In this document: in pieces, positions 12,175 through 26,700 of the stretch
How the letters are laid out: each line of letters begins with the position of its first letter
How positions within the stretch are numbered: position 1 is the stretch's first letter
NCBI RefSeq assembly: GCF_009914755.1
Contig: NC_060926.1
Length of the DNA: 64,000 bases
Source: the human T2T-CHM13v2.0 reference genome, Homo sapiens
Direction: 5' to 3' (one strand)
Program-made: the position numbers and the translations under genes
The notes under the pieces: generated by a model
Told to the model about the DNA's origin: nothing
Seen by the model: only the letters and a program-made list of their open reading frames with translations
The model's database searches: none

Positions 12175-12766
12175 TGTATTAGTCAGAGTTCTCCAGAGAA
12201 ACAGAATTAATACAACGTAGAGATAGAGATATATACATAGATATAGAGATAGATCTCTCACATACAGACCTATATATCTATACATGGAGAGAGAGAGAGA
12301 GGAACAGAGTGGGGGCAGGGGCACAGAGAGAGACACATTGAGAGACAGATTTATTATAAGGAGTTAGTTCATGTGATTATGGAGCTGAGAATTCCCAAGA
12401 TCTGCCATCTGCAAGCTGGAGAACCGGGAAAGCCAGCAATACAGTTCTACAGTCCAAGCCCAAAGGCCTGACCACTAGGAATTCCAATGCTGTAAGTTCC
12501 AGTTCAAAGGTAGAAGACTGATGTCCCAGCTCAAGCAGTTAGACAGAGGGCAAATTCACTTTTCCTCTGCCTTTTTGTTCTATTCAGGCCCTCAATTGAT
12601 TGGAACTTCTACATTAGGGAGGGCAATCTACTTTATTCAGTCAGCTGATTCAAATGCATATCTCATCCAGAAACACACCCACAGAAACACCTGAGAAATA
12701 ATGTTTAGCCAGACACCTGGGCACCCCATGGTCTAATCAAGTTGATACATAAAATTAACCATCACA
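12175..12766 (-). mobile_element. MLT2 (ERVL) solo LTR
   Basis: TGTATTAGTCAGAGTTCTCCAGAGAAACAGAA ... ACATAAAATTAACCATCACA termini, with an internal GA/TA microsatellite. Confidence 0.8.
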
Positions 12767-13481
12767 GACATACAGCAGGTCACTCATGAGACATGCTTGC
12801 TTGACATGCTGGGCTTCTCTGTAGGATTTGCAAGGAGAAATCATACCTTAAAGTATTTGCAGGAAGGAGGAGGAGGATTTATCTGACCATCTTCCTCCAG
12901 TCTCCCATTTCCCACCAATCAAGATTTACCCAACAGTGAGCAAATCCCCCTGGGCTTCTGGATTGCATCATCCAGTCCCCATTCACCACAACACCAAATC
13001 CCATGGTGTGATCCAGCCTGGAAAAGGAGGGAAAACTCAGAATTGTCTGGGCACCTAACGAGAGAAAATAGAGGCAGTTGAGGAAATCCAAGAAAGCACA
13101 CAAAGTTTGTGTCCAAAATTAAGAGAGAGATAAAAAAAGAAAAACAGGTAAGTGAAAATATAGAGACATTTTTAAAATAAAAAGAAGTTGAGGAAACTGA
13201 CTTTGAGTGGTAGGTGATGTTCAGAGAGATCTCAAGTAAACTATGGGAAAGGAAGGAATGGGGAACATGGCTATGACCCCATAACCTTAAGGACCTGCAA
13301 TATGTTTTTAAAAAGTAAAAGAAGCCTTGTTATTACTGCAATACTATAGAATCCTAGAAATTCAGAACAGACATTACACAACACTTTCCTTAACCTTTTC
13401 ACTTTAAAGATGAGACAACAAAGGCCGGGAGAGAATTAATGGTAACTAACTTTCATAAATGTACAATGTTTGTTGTGAATG

Positions 13482-13487
<6 letters not shown>

Positions 13488-13530
<43 letters not shown>
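13488..13530. repeat. (TG)n microsatellite
   Basis: Direct observation. Confidence 0.95.
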
Positions 13531-13533
<3 letters not shown>

Positions 13534-14424
13534 CAGGATGTCATCTACACATTTCTCCACCTGGTGGCTCCTGCCTGAATGACAGGCAGAGTCCAGCCAG
13601 TGGAAAGAAGCAGCAGAGGACACTGTCTTGGAATCCCAGAAGAAAATCTTAAGAGCTGAGACCTGAGGCCTCCTTCACAGACCCAGGCCAGCTTCTCATG
13701 GACTAGCCTTGGTCCTCAGAGACTCAGAATGTTTGCTGCCCCTCTCTCCAGTTCTGTGATCCCTCCTCTGTAGCTCCCTTTTCATACAAGAAAATACCAA
13801 CCAGGGGGAAAGCAACGAACAAAAGGTATAATGTTTGACCAGTGGTCGTGGACGCTAATTCTTTGAAGACTTCCAAGATGGTAAATGGAAAGAACAACCC
13901 ACATGCATGCACATACATATACATATACAAAATGCAAAGACTAAGACCCAATTAGCCTCTCTCTCTGTTTCTTTTACAGGAAGGGAAGTATCACCGGCCT
14001 GAACTACTACTCCCCATCCCCTGCAACTGCCATTCTTTCTGACTTGTCTCTAGAAAAGGCCATGTGACCTCTCCCTCAGGCTGACGCATTGTCCCAGCCA
14101 GAATGTCCAGCCAAAGCAGAATAAAGCATCTACTGGACCTAAAAGAGTGCCCCTGATATCTCCCAACTGGGTTCTGAAAGGATTCCCTGAGGGGATTTTA
14201 TCATAGACACATTTAAAATGCCAAGAATGAATCAATGTGTCACCAAATTTCAGTGTCAGTGCTAGAGGCAGATTTATGGCTCAAATGAAGTCGGTTTAAA
14301 AAAAAAGAAGAAGAAATTTCACTTTATTCTCTAGCTGTGAAAATATTCTCTGAGGAGTCTCCTGTCAGAACACCTATATGACCAAGAGTGGAATTTATCA
14401 GAGCAGATGTGAGAATAAGAGTTT

Positions 14425-14980
14425 AGTGTTAGTTCTCTATTGCCATGTAACAAATTACCCAAAACTTAGAAGTTTAGAACAACAAATATTTATTATCTCA
14501 GACATCTATTCCTGAGGGTCAGCAATCCAAGAGCTGCACAGCTGGGTGATTCTGGCTCAGGGTTTTTCATGAGGTTACAGTCAAGCTGTCAACCAGTCCT
14601 ACAGTCATATGAAATCTTGACTGAGGCTGAAGGATCCACATCCACAATGTCGCCTAATTTCTGACTGGAGGCCTTGGGTTCCTAATGGCTGTTGGCAGGA
14701 AGCTTCAGTTTCTCTCCACATGGGCTTCTCCATGGGGATACCTGAGTGTTCTCATGACATAGTAGTGGACATGTGATCCAAGAAAGAGCAGGACAGAAGC
14801 CTTGTCTGTCAAAATCTAGACTCAGGATTGATATACCATCAATCTGCTGTACTCTACTGGTCGTATAGACTAACTCTGATAACATGTGAGAAAGAAATAC
14901 ACAAGGGCCTAAATAGTGGGAGGCAGGGAATGCTTTGCCTTTGGGATTCTCTAGTGGCCACCTTTAAGGCTGGCTACAAC
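14425..14980 (-). mobile_element. Old MaLR LTR (MLT1 family)
   Basis: TGTTAGTT...TATTGCCATGTAACAAATTACCCAAAACTTAG and GCTGGGTGATTCTGGCTCAGGG motifs. Confidence 0.6.
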
Positions 14981-15059
14981 ATATTAGGTGGTAAATGCAA
15001 TGGAATTCATGACTCCAATATATAGAATAAAAATAGAATGACTAATAAATACTGAAGAT

Positions 15060-15420
15060 TGGTGGTGCTCAGATTTGAGCAGGCATCAGAATCACCTGTG
15101 TATTTAGCAATACACAGATAGCTAGAATCCACCCCTAGAGTTTGTGATTCAGTAGGTCTTAGGTGGGGTTGAAGAACTGGAATTTCAAGTAAGTTTCCAG
15201 ATAATGCTGATGCTGCTAGTCTGGGGGCCACACTTGTTGTAGATAAGTCTGTCAAAATTTCGAATTTGAACATACCTTAAAGGTCTTCTGATTCAATGGT
15301 TTCCAAGTCCAGATGACCATTAGAATCACCTGTGGGAGACTCTTCCCCACCCCAACTCAAGAGTCTATGATTTTTTAAACTCCTCTAGCCAATTTCATGA
15401 TCAATCAGGTTTGGAAATCC
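15060..15420. mobile_element. MER5A/MER5B hAT fossils
   Basis: GCATCAGAATCACCTG, GATTCAGTAGGTCT and GATGCTGCTAGTCTGGGGGCCACACTT, followed by a second MER5-like copy. Confidence 0.65.
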
Positions 15421-15486
15421 CCAACCCCAAAGTCTCCTCTGCTTAGCATCCTCAGCATCAACCCTCCTCTTAAAGAAGACTCTTAG

Positions 15487-15858
15487 CAAATTGTGGTGTA
15501 TGTATATACCATAGAATACTACTCAGCCATAAAAAGGAATGAAATAATGGCATTCGCAGCAACCTGGATAGAACTGGAGATCATTATTCTAAGTGAAGTA
15601 TCTCAGGAATAAAAAAGCAAACATCATATGTTCTCACTCATAAGTGGAAACTAAGCTATGAGGATGCTAAGGCATAGGAATGATACAATGGACCTTGGGA
15701 CTCGGGGGAAAGGGTGGGAGGAGGGGTGAGGGATAAGACTACACAATGGGTACAGTGTACACTCCTTGGGTAATGGGGGCACCAGAATCTCAGAAATCAC
15801 CACTAAAGAACTTATTCATGTAACCAAACACCACCTGTTCCCCAAAAACCTATTGAAT
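15487..15858 (+). mobile_element. L1 3'-end fragment (L1PB-like)
   Basis: AATACTACTCAGCCATAAAAAGGAATG...GTAACCAAACACCACCTGTTCCCCAAAAAC; TAAAGAAGACT repeated on both flanks. Confidence 0.85.
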
Positions 15859-18800
15859 TTTTTTTTTAAAGAAGACTTGTAGCATAGCAATAGGCCATTA
15901 ACTCCCTCCTAAGGCAATGCCCATTACAGTGTGGGCAGATCAACTGCCTCAAACGTGCTACTCGGACTTAAGCAAAACTGACTTGTCCACGATGTTCACA
16001 CATTGCTCACCAAGCCTATGGATTCTCTCTCCTCATAACCACTGTCTAGTTTTCTAAAAAGGACTTTTATTTCACCCTCAGTCTTCTATTTTTTAGGCAA
16101 AATATCCTTTGTTCCTGTAATTCATCCTCAGTGGGCATGGTATACACTGTTCTCATGGTTCCTAGTCCTCTCTGTTTCTCTTTCTCAGTCTCCTTCTTTG
16201 TAGGTAATGGTTAGAATGGAGCTATTAACCCAAGTGTGGTGCAACTCAAAGAAGTATAGAGGAAATATAGCACTTTTATCTTGGATGTGCTTTTCCTATT
16301 GGTCCCACCTAAGAATATAACAACCTTTCAGTCAGTCCCAGCACACTGGATAGGAAATTATGACAAATAGATATTTAGAAAACTCCCAAGCCATCTGAGA
16401 AAGCACCCTCAATGAGTATCTTCGAGATGTCTAAGCAGCCCAAAAGATCTTGACTTCCTATTCTCTGAGAACTGCAATCTTTATTCACAAAAATGAACCC
16501 CCAATAGCCTCAGTGAGAGTGGACTGGACCAGGGTGTCAAGCAACACAGGCTGGGATGAGGAGATTCTCTTTGATGAAAGAGGAGTGGTCACTCTCTTCA
16601 TGAGGATCTAATGAGTAATCTCAGGACCTGCCTTTTGCCTGATGGAAAAGAGAACTTCCCTGCAGAGATACAGAAAGAGAAGCCAATGCTCCAATAGAAA
16701 CAGAGGGGGGAGGAGGCGGAAGAGATGGAGAGAGAGAGAGAAAGAGAGAGAAAGAAAGAAAGAGAGAGAGAGGGAGGGAGGGAGGGAGGGAAACAGATGG
16801 TCAGCAGCCCAGTGAGTGACCTTCTGGGTCCTAGTTCTTGTCATTTCTGAAACTCAGCTGCATCATTGACCTTGGGTTCCATAACCCATCTCTGCATCTC
16901 TATAACCCATCTCCTATATTTTTTGCCTAATCGGGCCTAATTGTTTGCCATTTTTTCAACTAAAGAATGTCAGTGAATAGAATACAATTTCCAGAAGACC
17001 TTTGGCACTGCTTGTGCTATTATGTCTGCATTGGGTGGAAACAAGCCTCCCTTGTGCAGGGTTGGTATTTATTCCTTGGGCCTCTAGACCCATCAAGACC
17101 TTTCTTTTCACCTAAATCAGTTGAGGACCTGTCTGCACTCCATTAAGCCCAGCAGCTTTCCCACCCCTATCACAGCCCACTCCAGGGTCAGCCCAATTTT
17201 ATATTCAACAATAAAATCAACAAAACCTTTTAAAAATTTTTTGGAAATGTCCGTTTTGGGGTGAAGAAAGCACTATGAGAAAACTGGAGCTTCAGCTCAC
17301 ACTGACATGTTCACACCACCTCACTCCCTCTCACACGGCTCCAACCCTAAAGTGAAATTCACCTACATGAAAGCTGCCTTCCAGTCTGCTCTCCTACTTC
17401 CATACCTTCTCTCTCAACTATTTCTTCTTGGAACACTCAATTACTACTTACTGCTTCTCAATATTGAGAACCTACGTGTACCAGGAGCTGTGTAGGTCAG
17501 TGGGGACACAGAGAGGATAAGGCAGTCCCAGGTTCTGGCCTCAGAGAGCTTCTAAGAATGCCCTCCTTGCAGCCTTCCGAATCCCACCACTCACAGAGCT
17601 CACTGCTCAGATACTTGTCCTCATCCCCTTCCCATTCCCAGCCTGCCTGCATCTCCATCAAATTGCACCTAAAGATCTATTCCCTGACGGTCTTGCTCTC
17701 TGGTTTCTGAGTGATGGCAAGCTCATTGAATGGTCCAGTGTCTGCTAATAACTCTGCTGAGCCTTTGGCTTAATATCATCACACTACTCCCAACAAAAAT
17801 ATTTGTGTTTTAACACATCTCTAAAGTCATAGTGCCTGAAATAGAGAAGAGACCTGACCTATTGAGTGTCATTTCAATCAAGATGCTTGTCTTATTCTTC
17901 CAAGTGACCTCTTCATGAAGATTCCACTTTTCCTGGGCAAAGCCTGGGGATTCAAGGATCTTGTCCAGATTCCAGTTCCCTTCCTGATGGTGTTCCCTAG
18001 TCCCAGAGACAGACTCTGGAATTGGAAGGCCTGGGTCCAAGTCCTGATTTCTGCACACAGTCATTAAATGACCTGACCTTGAGTATGGTGTTTAGCTCAT
18101 CAGAGCTTCACTTTGCTCATCCGTAAAACAGATCAACAGTAACCTTATCAACTGCTCATGAAAATGATATGAGATAATGCTATTAAATTACTCTGGGATA
18201 CGAATGCTGCCATTATTTCAAGCAGTCTCTCTGCCTTCCCCCAACTCAGCACAGCACCCGTGGCAAAGGAGATGTGAGACAGGAGAGCTCAACCCACTCT
18301 GGGTGCATGGCTGAGAAAGTGCTAATGAAACACTTTTATCTTCTAGGTCCTTCACCAGCGGGCAGGGAAGGGGAAGGAGTGACTAAAAACGTGCTGAAAG
18401 CACACCTCTAAAATAAATCCTAAGCTCATCATTCCCTTTCTTGTCCCTGGACCTAGGTCTACACTGAACCTAGAATAGTATTAACTGACTGTCTTTCTGG
18501 GCTGACTCCAGACAGCAATGGTGATCCATTAGGCTCCCAGTTCCAGAGGCTCCACAGAGCAAAGTGAAAGGAAATGTTGCCTGCTTTCCTCGGGAGTATC
18601 ATGGGAGGGGCTGTGGCATGACCCCTGGTGTGTACTCTTTGGAAGACTACAGAATGCTGGTGGCTAAGGGATTCCACACCCCTTCCACCTTTTCGTCCAC
18701 ATTGTTTCCTCCTCTGTCTTTTACATGGGCGTCTACATCTACTTCTGAGCCCAATCTATGACCCATGCATTCATTCATTCACTATGTATTGGTTGTCTAC

Positions 18801-19739
18801 TCTGCATCAGACACTCTGCATGGAAATGAAACACAGCAACTCCCATTACCACCCCCCACCCCCATGATGCCTGTCTCCTAGTCCAAGGAAGAGAAATTTG
18901 TAGGAAAGGACCATCCGAACTAGCTTGCAGAAGTGAGGGGGAGGGGGTGGGACTCCTGAGTCAGTCTGGGATAACGAGTAAAAACTTAAGCAGAACTGGA
19001 GAAGCCCGTCCTGCATCTCCCTTTCCTTATCTGTAAGAATCAGGCCTCCTTCCTGCTCTTGTCCCTTGGCTCCTAAGACCCTGGGGCAGCTGGAAGGGGT
19101 GGATGTTGGCCTGGGGATGGAGAGGGACTGGAGTGGGACAGTGAGCAGGCCAGGAGCAGTTTACAGACAAAACCTCAGGTAGGTTGAGGAAGCCAGAACC
19201 ATGAGACAGAGGCGACTGGAGTCAGAAACAAACGCCATGATCTGGAGTCTCCCAGGTCTGTGTCTGAGCCTCCATCAGAGCACAAGTACGTGGAGGGAAA
19301 GGAGTCTGGTCTCAAGCAGTCAGCTTCCTCTCCTGAATGGGAAACGATGGACCTGGGAGACCAGCTGGCTGGGGTTTAAACCCCAGGCCCGCCTGTCACC
19401 ATCTACATGGCCTTGGTGAATTTGCCTGATTATCTTAAGCATCAGAATGTTCATCTGAGAAAACAAACAAAAAACATTCGTAAGGATCTGCCGCTGACAG
19501 TTCGTGTCCTGCTTTTCTCTAACAATCAGTGCCACTTCGGGTGAAACATTCCTGCAGTTTTTAACCACCTGCTACCTGATGTCATAGTTCTTTGTGTAGT
19601 CACCAATACAGATTCCTCCTGAGGAGCTATGAGTTCCAGGCAGGAGTTGTGACTGTCCTTCCCTGGAATACCCACGGAACTCAGTCCAGTGTCTGGCACA
19701 CGTAGGTGATCAGAAAACAGCTGTCTTCCTCCTTCTTTC

Positions 19740-20180
19740 AGCCCACGGAGAGGCGGGCTGTGAACGCGCTTTGCCAGGGGGGGATGGGGAACCTGCTGCG
19801 CCTCTCCTGGCGCCTGGAGGCCCAGCCCTGCGGGGCGGAGGGGCTGGAAACCTGACAGCTCCCGACCTGTGAGGGCCGCCACCTGCGGAATCCCACAGGG
19901 CAGCGCGGGGAAGCAGAGCGCGCGCTGGGCCCTGGTGTCCCGGGACGCTGCAGGACGACGCTCCGTTAACCTCCTGGCTCGTTCTGATACTGAGGCTGCA
20001 TAAAAAGAAGGATCCCATACAAATGAAGGCCAGTGTAGCGGAAGGCTAAATACTTTTAATTAAAGGAAGGCACCTGGAGACCCAGCCGCTGGGAGGAGTG
20101 AACTAGAGAAAGTCCGCTGTGCTCTGGGCGGGGAGGGGGAGAGACACCCTGGCCCTGGAGGGGCTCGCCGTTCCTCCAGG
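19740..20180. promoter_or_regulatory. CpG-rich patch with a CTCF-like motif (19875-19889)
   Basis: Local excess of CG dinucleotides, a GGGGCGG box, and reverse-strand TCCGCAGGTGGCGGC resembling the CTCF core. Confidence 0.4.
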
Positions 20181-20574
20181 GCCCTTCTCCTCTGCTACCC
20201 CACCCCTCCTCCCTACTCCTCCCACCTTCAGCAGGCAGAGGGGACAGGAGGTGGCCTGACCCAGAGGAGTTAAGGGTGAGGCTTGGGCGCCTGGAGGAGA
20301 GGGGACTTTCTGTCCTTTGGAACAACTCTGACATTGTGCCTCTGACCCAGAGCCCTGGGGACTCAACCCTCAGACCCCGATCTGAAGGTGCGGAAGGAGA
20401 AAGTGATTGTCCCCAGGCCACTAGGCAAGTGAGAAACACTCAGGCTTCCCAGGACTGCCAGCATCAGGGCCTTCTTGCTGCCCTGCTGCAAATTCTAGGC
20501 AGCAGTGAAGCCAAGGATAACACCTTGGGGAGCCTTTAGAGCACTCGCATTTCTTCTTCATCATCACCGGCATG

Positions 20575-20760
20575 ACTAAAATTTGCAGAGCTCTTAACAA
20601 GCCCTGTGCCATGCGCTTCATCATCTCATTTAATCCTCACACAACTCCTGAAATGAAGGTGTTCTCATGATCCCCATTCCACAGGTGAGGTCACTGGGGG
20701 TCCAGAAGGGCTAAATCACCTGTTAAGGTCCCACAGTAACTTGCATAGAGGAGTCTCCAA
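20575..20760 (-). mobile_element. MIR SINE
   Basis: ATCTCATTTAATCCTCACA...CCCCATTCCACAGGTGAGG...AAGGTCCCACAG. Confidence 0.65.
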
Positions 20761-21348
20761 GACAGTCCAACTCAGAAGTTCAAGGTTGCAGACCTTTTTC
20801 CTTAGAGATAAGGCACCAAGAATGGTGAAAATGTTGGACACGCCACGCTTTGGACAGCATCTGACACATAGTTGGTGCTTGCTCATAAAGTAGGTGTTCA
20901 GTCATTGCAGTGGCCTCCTCCTTTAGCCAGACCTCCCTTCCCATGGTCAGGGTGTGTGTGTTCCCCTGGAGGATGACTCTGGAGAGACAAAACATGGGAC
21001 ACAGGGACCACCTGCTGGCCCCCAAGAGCCAGGGTCAGGGGCAAAGGCATCTCAGATGCCTGGGTCCTGACCTCTAAACCAGGGTCTTTTCTGCAAGTGA
21101 AGATGGGAAAGGGTGAGTGCTGGCGCAGTCTCTTCCTCTCTCTTTGTGGAAAGGTATGATGAGGATTGGGGATAAAGCAGAACTGATATCTCTGAACCTG
21201 TAACTAATATCCAGAACCCAAAATGGCCCTGGTTGGCTTTAAGCTTCTTGATTCAGATTCACCTTTTTTTAGCACTCACTACATGCCAGGCACTCAAGTA
21301 TCTTGCAATGTGCCAAGCAAAGGTATATCCTTATTCACTTGCCTTTTA

Positions 21349-21673
<325 letters not shown>

Positions 21674-22829
21674 GGTTGCTTTATTCAAATTGGATTCTAC
21701 CTCATCATGCCATCTCCTGTGCGGTTACTAATAATGAAAAAAATAAACAGCCTAAGCAGGGACTTCCTTGCAGTCACTGAATGGTCCTGTGGAGTGAAAC
21801 CTACCAGTGACCTTGGCCTGAGTGTCAACAGGGTACAAAGCCCTGTAGAACTCCTTGCTCCTAGAAGGACAATAACAAACACAATCTTGTACAGACCAAG
21901 AGTTCAGTAGCACCAAATCCTTGTCTAATGGTCTGCTGAGAACCAGTTCTGGGAAGGAAGATCTTCAAGAATGGATAGTGACTTGATGGGAATTTCTGGA
22001 CCCAGTCATGACAGAAGGGAACCTTTTGGACTTCTGAAAAATCAGCAAGTGCTCAACAGTCTTCACCAAGCAAAGCAAATGTTGGAGGACAATAGTCAAT
22101 GCCAATGTCATCAGGAGTCAAACAGTAATGATCTTGTCTACCACTCCTCATAGGGCCTGAAGCTAGAACGCGGTTATTTACTCCTTCTCCCATCTACTTC
22201 TCCCTGGATCTCAGCGCAGGCCAGAGTAAGTGAGCCCCACAGAATTGACCTCATCCTCCCCCAGGGCCATTAGAACAATACCTCCCCCTTTGGGGCACCT
22301 GTAAATCAGGGCCCCAAAAGGGTCTGGCAGTGCTGGAATGAGGTGTGGCTTGGCAAGGAGACCTGCATGTTTAGTACAATGGCGTGATTGTGTGGATTGT
22401 TCCAACCCAGCAGCGCTCAAGTGGTCACATGTTCCCTGGGCAGCAGGTGCTATAACCTTTGCCCAGAGATTTGGAGCCTTCGGTGGTGAGACTGAGTGCC
22501 GACGAGGAGGAGAGCGGCCTGGCTGTCTCCCACTGCCCTTGGGATCTGGGGAAGGTCACTCCCTGACCCTGCCCATGGCCTGTGCCCAATTCTCACCCAT
22601 ATTCTACTCAGAGGGTCCTCAGCTATCCAGAAAAAAGAGAGAGGCAGGCAGCATGCCCAGGTAAACAATAAAAGGCTACTGAGTTTCTGCTTCTGCCACT
22701 AGCTGCCAAGAACCAAAGAGCGGCAGGCACAGCTAAGACTTCAGTCCAGTGTTTATCTTATTAACTGCTGTGTGCCCAGCACCCAGCACCACACCATCAC
22801 AATGAGGCCATTGTGTAACCCTTGCCACT

Positions 22830-23160
22830 CAGTCATTCCATCGAACACTCATGTAAGCACAAGCTTTTACTGAGCATTGTCTCTGTGCCAGACACTGTTC
22901 TAGGCACTGGGGATACAGCAGTAAGCAAAACTACCAAGAATTCCTGCCCTCATGTAACTTACCTTCTACTGGGGAGAGACAGATGATAAATAAATAAGTG
23001 AAGTAGACAATATGTCAAATGGTGAAGAGAAATAAAGCAGAGTGAAAGGGATAAAGCCGGTGGCGGCGTGGTGGGGGAGGCAGCGTTGGTTTGCAATAGG
23101 GGGATTGGAGAAGAGTTCCCTGAGAAGCTATCTTGGAGCCAAGACTTGGAGGTGAGGGCT
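22830..23160 (-). mobile_element. L2 3' fragment
   Basis: TTACTGAGCATTGTCTCTGTGCCAGACACTGTTCTAGGCACTGGGGATACAGCAGT. Confidence 0.65.
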
Positions 23161-23752
23161 CAAGCATCTCATCAGCCCATCTATGGCAGTATTGGTCCTA
23201 GACCAGCATCCCCTCCTCACTTCTCTGATCTGACTGTCATCAGACAGAAACTTCCCCTGGGCCACTGGAAGATTTTGAGGTGGGAGGAGCCATATCTGCT
23301 TGCAGTGACTACTGGGCTTGGGGAAGCTGAAGCTCACCAAAGGACATGGGAAGATAGGATGGGGCTTACACTCATTCTGGTCTTCACAGGGCTGCAGCCC
23401 ATCACCAGCAGTCAAGGATAGAATTGAGAGTCGAAAGCTGACTATGACAATATTTCCCCACCCATCCCCATCACCACTTCCCTCTATCCTCAGGGCTGCC
23501 ATCATCCCTTAGAATTATGGGAACACAGTGCCCCACCAACACCCCACCCTGCCTACAACCTGGCCTCCTGCAATCCATTCGCCACACTGTAGCCAGAAAA
23601 AGCTTTCCAAAACATGTCTGTTCCTTCACTTTCCCCAACTAAGATCCCTTTGCTTTTTAGTATAAAGTCCACATTTCGCAACATGCCTACAAAGATTTTT
23701 GTGATCTAACCCAGCACACTTTCCCAGACCCATCTCTCAGCTCTCACTACAG

Positions 23753-23755
<3 letters not shown>

Positions 23756-23783
<28 letters not shown>
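23756..23783. repeat. (CA)n microsatellite
   Basis: Direct observation. Confidence 0.95.
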
Positions 23784-23785
<2 letters not shown>

Positions 23786-26700
23786 CATGCACTCTATTAC
23801 TGTACTTTATTTCCCACTACACTGAACTTAGTTCCCTAAATGTACCTGGCCCTGTCTGGATTCTGGACCTTTTTCTGCCAGTACCAAAACATTCCACCTT
23901 TACCCTTCACATTCTCACATTTGCCTGGTGGATTCCAACTTTTCTTTCTAGTCTCTGCTTAGAGGTCTCTTTTTCTGGACAGCCAAGACTCTGTGGGTTA
24001 CCCTCACTGCTCCCCACACCTCCACCTCTACACTCTAGCCACATTACAGCACGAAGCATACCTCCCTACCAGGACCTGTTTATTGGTTCCATGAGGACAT
24101 GGTTCTTGTTTCAGTCGCCACTGTGTTCCCAGGCCCTAGCAGATAGTCCAGCACTTAGTAGATGCTCAGTAAATGCTTGTACAGCTAAATACGTCAAAGG
24201 GGAGGAGATCGAAAATAGAAAGGGCTGTCCTGGTGAGGGAACCATGGCATTATATTGATCATCATAATTGCCTCATCCCTTACTTTTCTCCATTTCTTAA
24301 TAGTTTACAAGTCATTTTCACGTCACCCTGCTAATAAGATGTGGCTGTTACATGTATAGTTTTACTAAGTGTGAGAAACCCGAGAATTTGAGGTCAATGC
24401 TCAGAGCAGAGCGGTATCACGAACCCAGGTCTCTCTGACTTTGAGTCCAGGGTGCTTTCCACAACTCACAACTCCTTGGGCTCTAGAATGGAGAGACTAA
24501 GTTTCAAACATGGCAGTACAGCTATCTCTTGAATCCTGAACAAGAGACCATAAGACTGAACTCAGTCACCTAATTTGACTTGTCAAAGTGGCTCGAGGAT
24601 CTCAGGGGGTCAGCGTGTACCCTCTCTTTATTTCCTGGTTACCTGTGGGCAGTCAAGGCTGCTTTCAGGATCAGGAGCATTACCCAGTCAGGACGTGCAT
24701 CCTAAGCTTCTGTACACCTTGGTCACTGCCTGGAAAATGGCAATGGCCCTGGACTGGGGAATCTCTCCAGGTACTCCCTTCTTACGCTTCCCTACCTGCT
24801 TACCTTTAGTCTTTAAAGGGATATTCAAAAGCTGCAAAAAGACAAGACAGACTAGGTTTATGGGAAGCTAACTTGTCCATATTCATTCTAAAGGTGCCCA
24901 ACCTGTACTCCCACAGTTCCATTTGTCACTTCTCATCTCTCCAGGAAAATATTTATACATACAGTTCATTACAGAACAATCTTTTTTTGTGGAGTACACT
25001 ATCTTGGCTCACTGCAACCTCCAACTCCTGGGTTCATGGAGAAACTGAGCCTGGGACGCCATGGCTCTGGAAGCCATGGGAATGGTATCTTCTATTCTGG
25101 ATTCTGCTCTCCAGAGTCACAGGTCCCTGGTAGCATGGAACACTCTCTCAGAACTCAGAGAGTTCTCAGACAGTAGAACTTGGCAGCCCATTGAGCTGCT
25201 GGAGTAGGCTCTAGTCTGTGACTGTAGTCTTGGATGCCGTAAGAGAAGACTCCTGAGCCCCAGAGAGTGCACAGTCAGATCTAGGATGGAAGGGAGGAAT
25301 AAGGTCACTCACACCTGAGAGACCACCTCCTCAGTTTGTCCTCATTGCTCCTTCTCCCCAGCCGCCTTGCCCCACTGCCATTTTTGGGACCTCTCTCTGT
25401 CTCTCGGTATACCTGGTATAATGACAGTGACACCTCACCAAGGTCCATGAGCAATGCTTCTCTGCCATCTTTCTTGTGGCTAGTTTGACTTTCAGCCACT
25501 AACATTTATTGAGCACTCACTGTGCTCCAAACACTTTGTCTGCCTTAAACATCATAATATCGTACAAGAGAAGTGCCATTATTAGTCTCAGTCTTCAGAC
25601 ATAGAAACTTTGGCTCAGAGAAGTTGAGTGATTGGCACAAGGTCACACAGCCAGTATGAGAATGTGCCAGGGTTCTGGCTTTGGCCACCAGATTCCCAGC
25701 CCAGCAGTGTGAGCCCTATGGTCTCTCTGCATTATGGAATAAAGGGTACCAGACCCCAAATAGGAAAAAAATCATTCTCTCAAGACTCTAGGCCATCTTC
25801 ACTGGAGCAAGTGATTCTACTTAAAAAATAAAATCTCAGAGCAGATGGGATCAAAATCTATAAAGTGCAGGGAATGTGGACAAAGTGGACAGAAATTACC
25901 AGAGACACAGCACACTCCAGGAGGTTCAAAGGAGTGGTGTTTGGAACAAATAAAAGGAAACGCTACATGACATAAAATATGGTAGGCCTAAAAATAGAAA
26001 GAATTTTAAAACAAGTTTAGAAAATGTGTAAATGGATGACTCACTCATTCTTGCCACAAGTGTGTTCTGTGTCTGTGCTTTGCAAGCCCAGTAGGAGTTC
26101 AGTCGGAGAGCGATGGGATTCACCATGACACCAGCCTTTGATTCCTTTACATTCTTGCAGTTACCTACCCACTCTGTGGGCCTAAAAATCATACATCTCG
26201 TTACTGGGGTCAAGCTTCTTCTCAACAGTCCACTAGTGGCCCCTAACACTGACACGGTTTTTAAGTTTATTTTCTAGTTTATTCTAATGCTTCCTTGGAG
26301 TTATTACAGTTGTCCATGCCTTGGAGCTACTCCATGGGGTAGTGAAGAGAATGCTGGTTCAGGTGTTAGATGGACCTGAGTTCAGATCCTGGTTCTGCTG
26401 CTCAGCAAATGGGTGACCCAGAGCACCCTCTGCGGCACAGTTGCCTCAAAGCCCTGGCTTCACTGGGTGTTGTGAAAGATAAATGGGGCTGTGTAGAAGG
26501 CACTCCACAGTTCCTGGCATTAAGTAATACTTAGTAAATTACAGTAGTAGTAGCTGTTGTTGTTAGAAGGAAATACCATGCTTAGCATTCCCTCGGGGTA
26601 ATGGTATGTCCACCCTGGTGTGGGGGCCATAAGCAGCAAGGATAGCCACTGAAGCATAGAGAGGAAAATGGGGTTCCAGACCCCTAAGCCCTCCAGGCTG

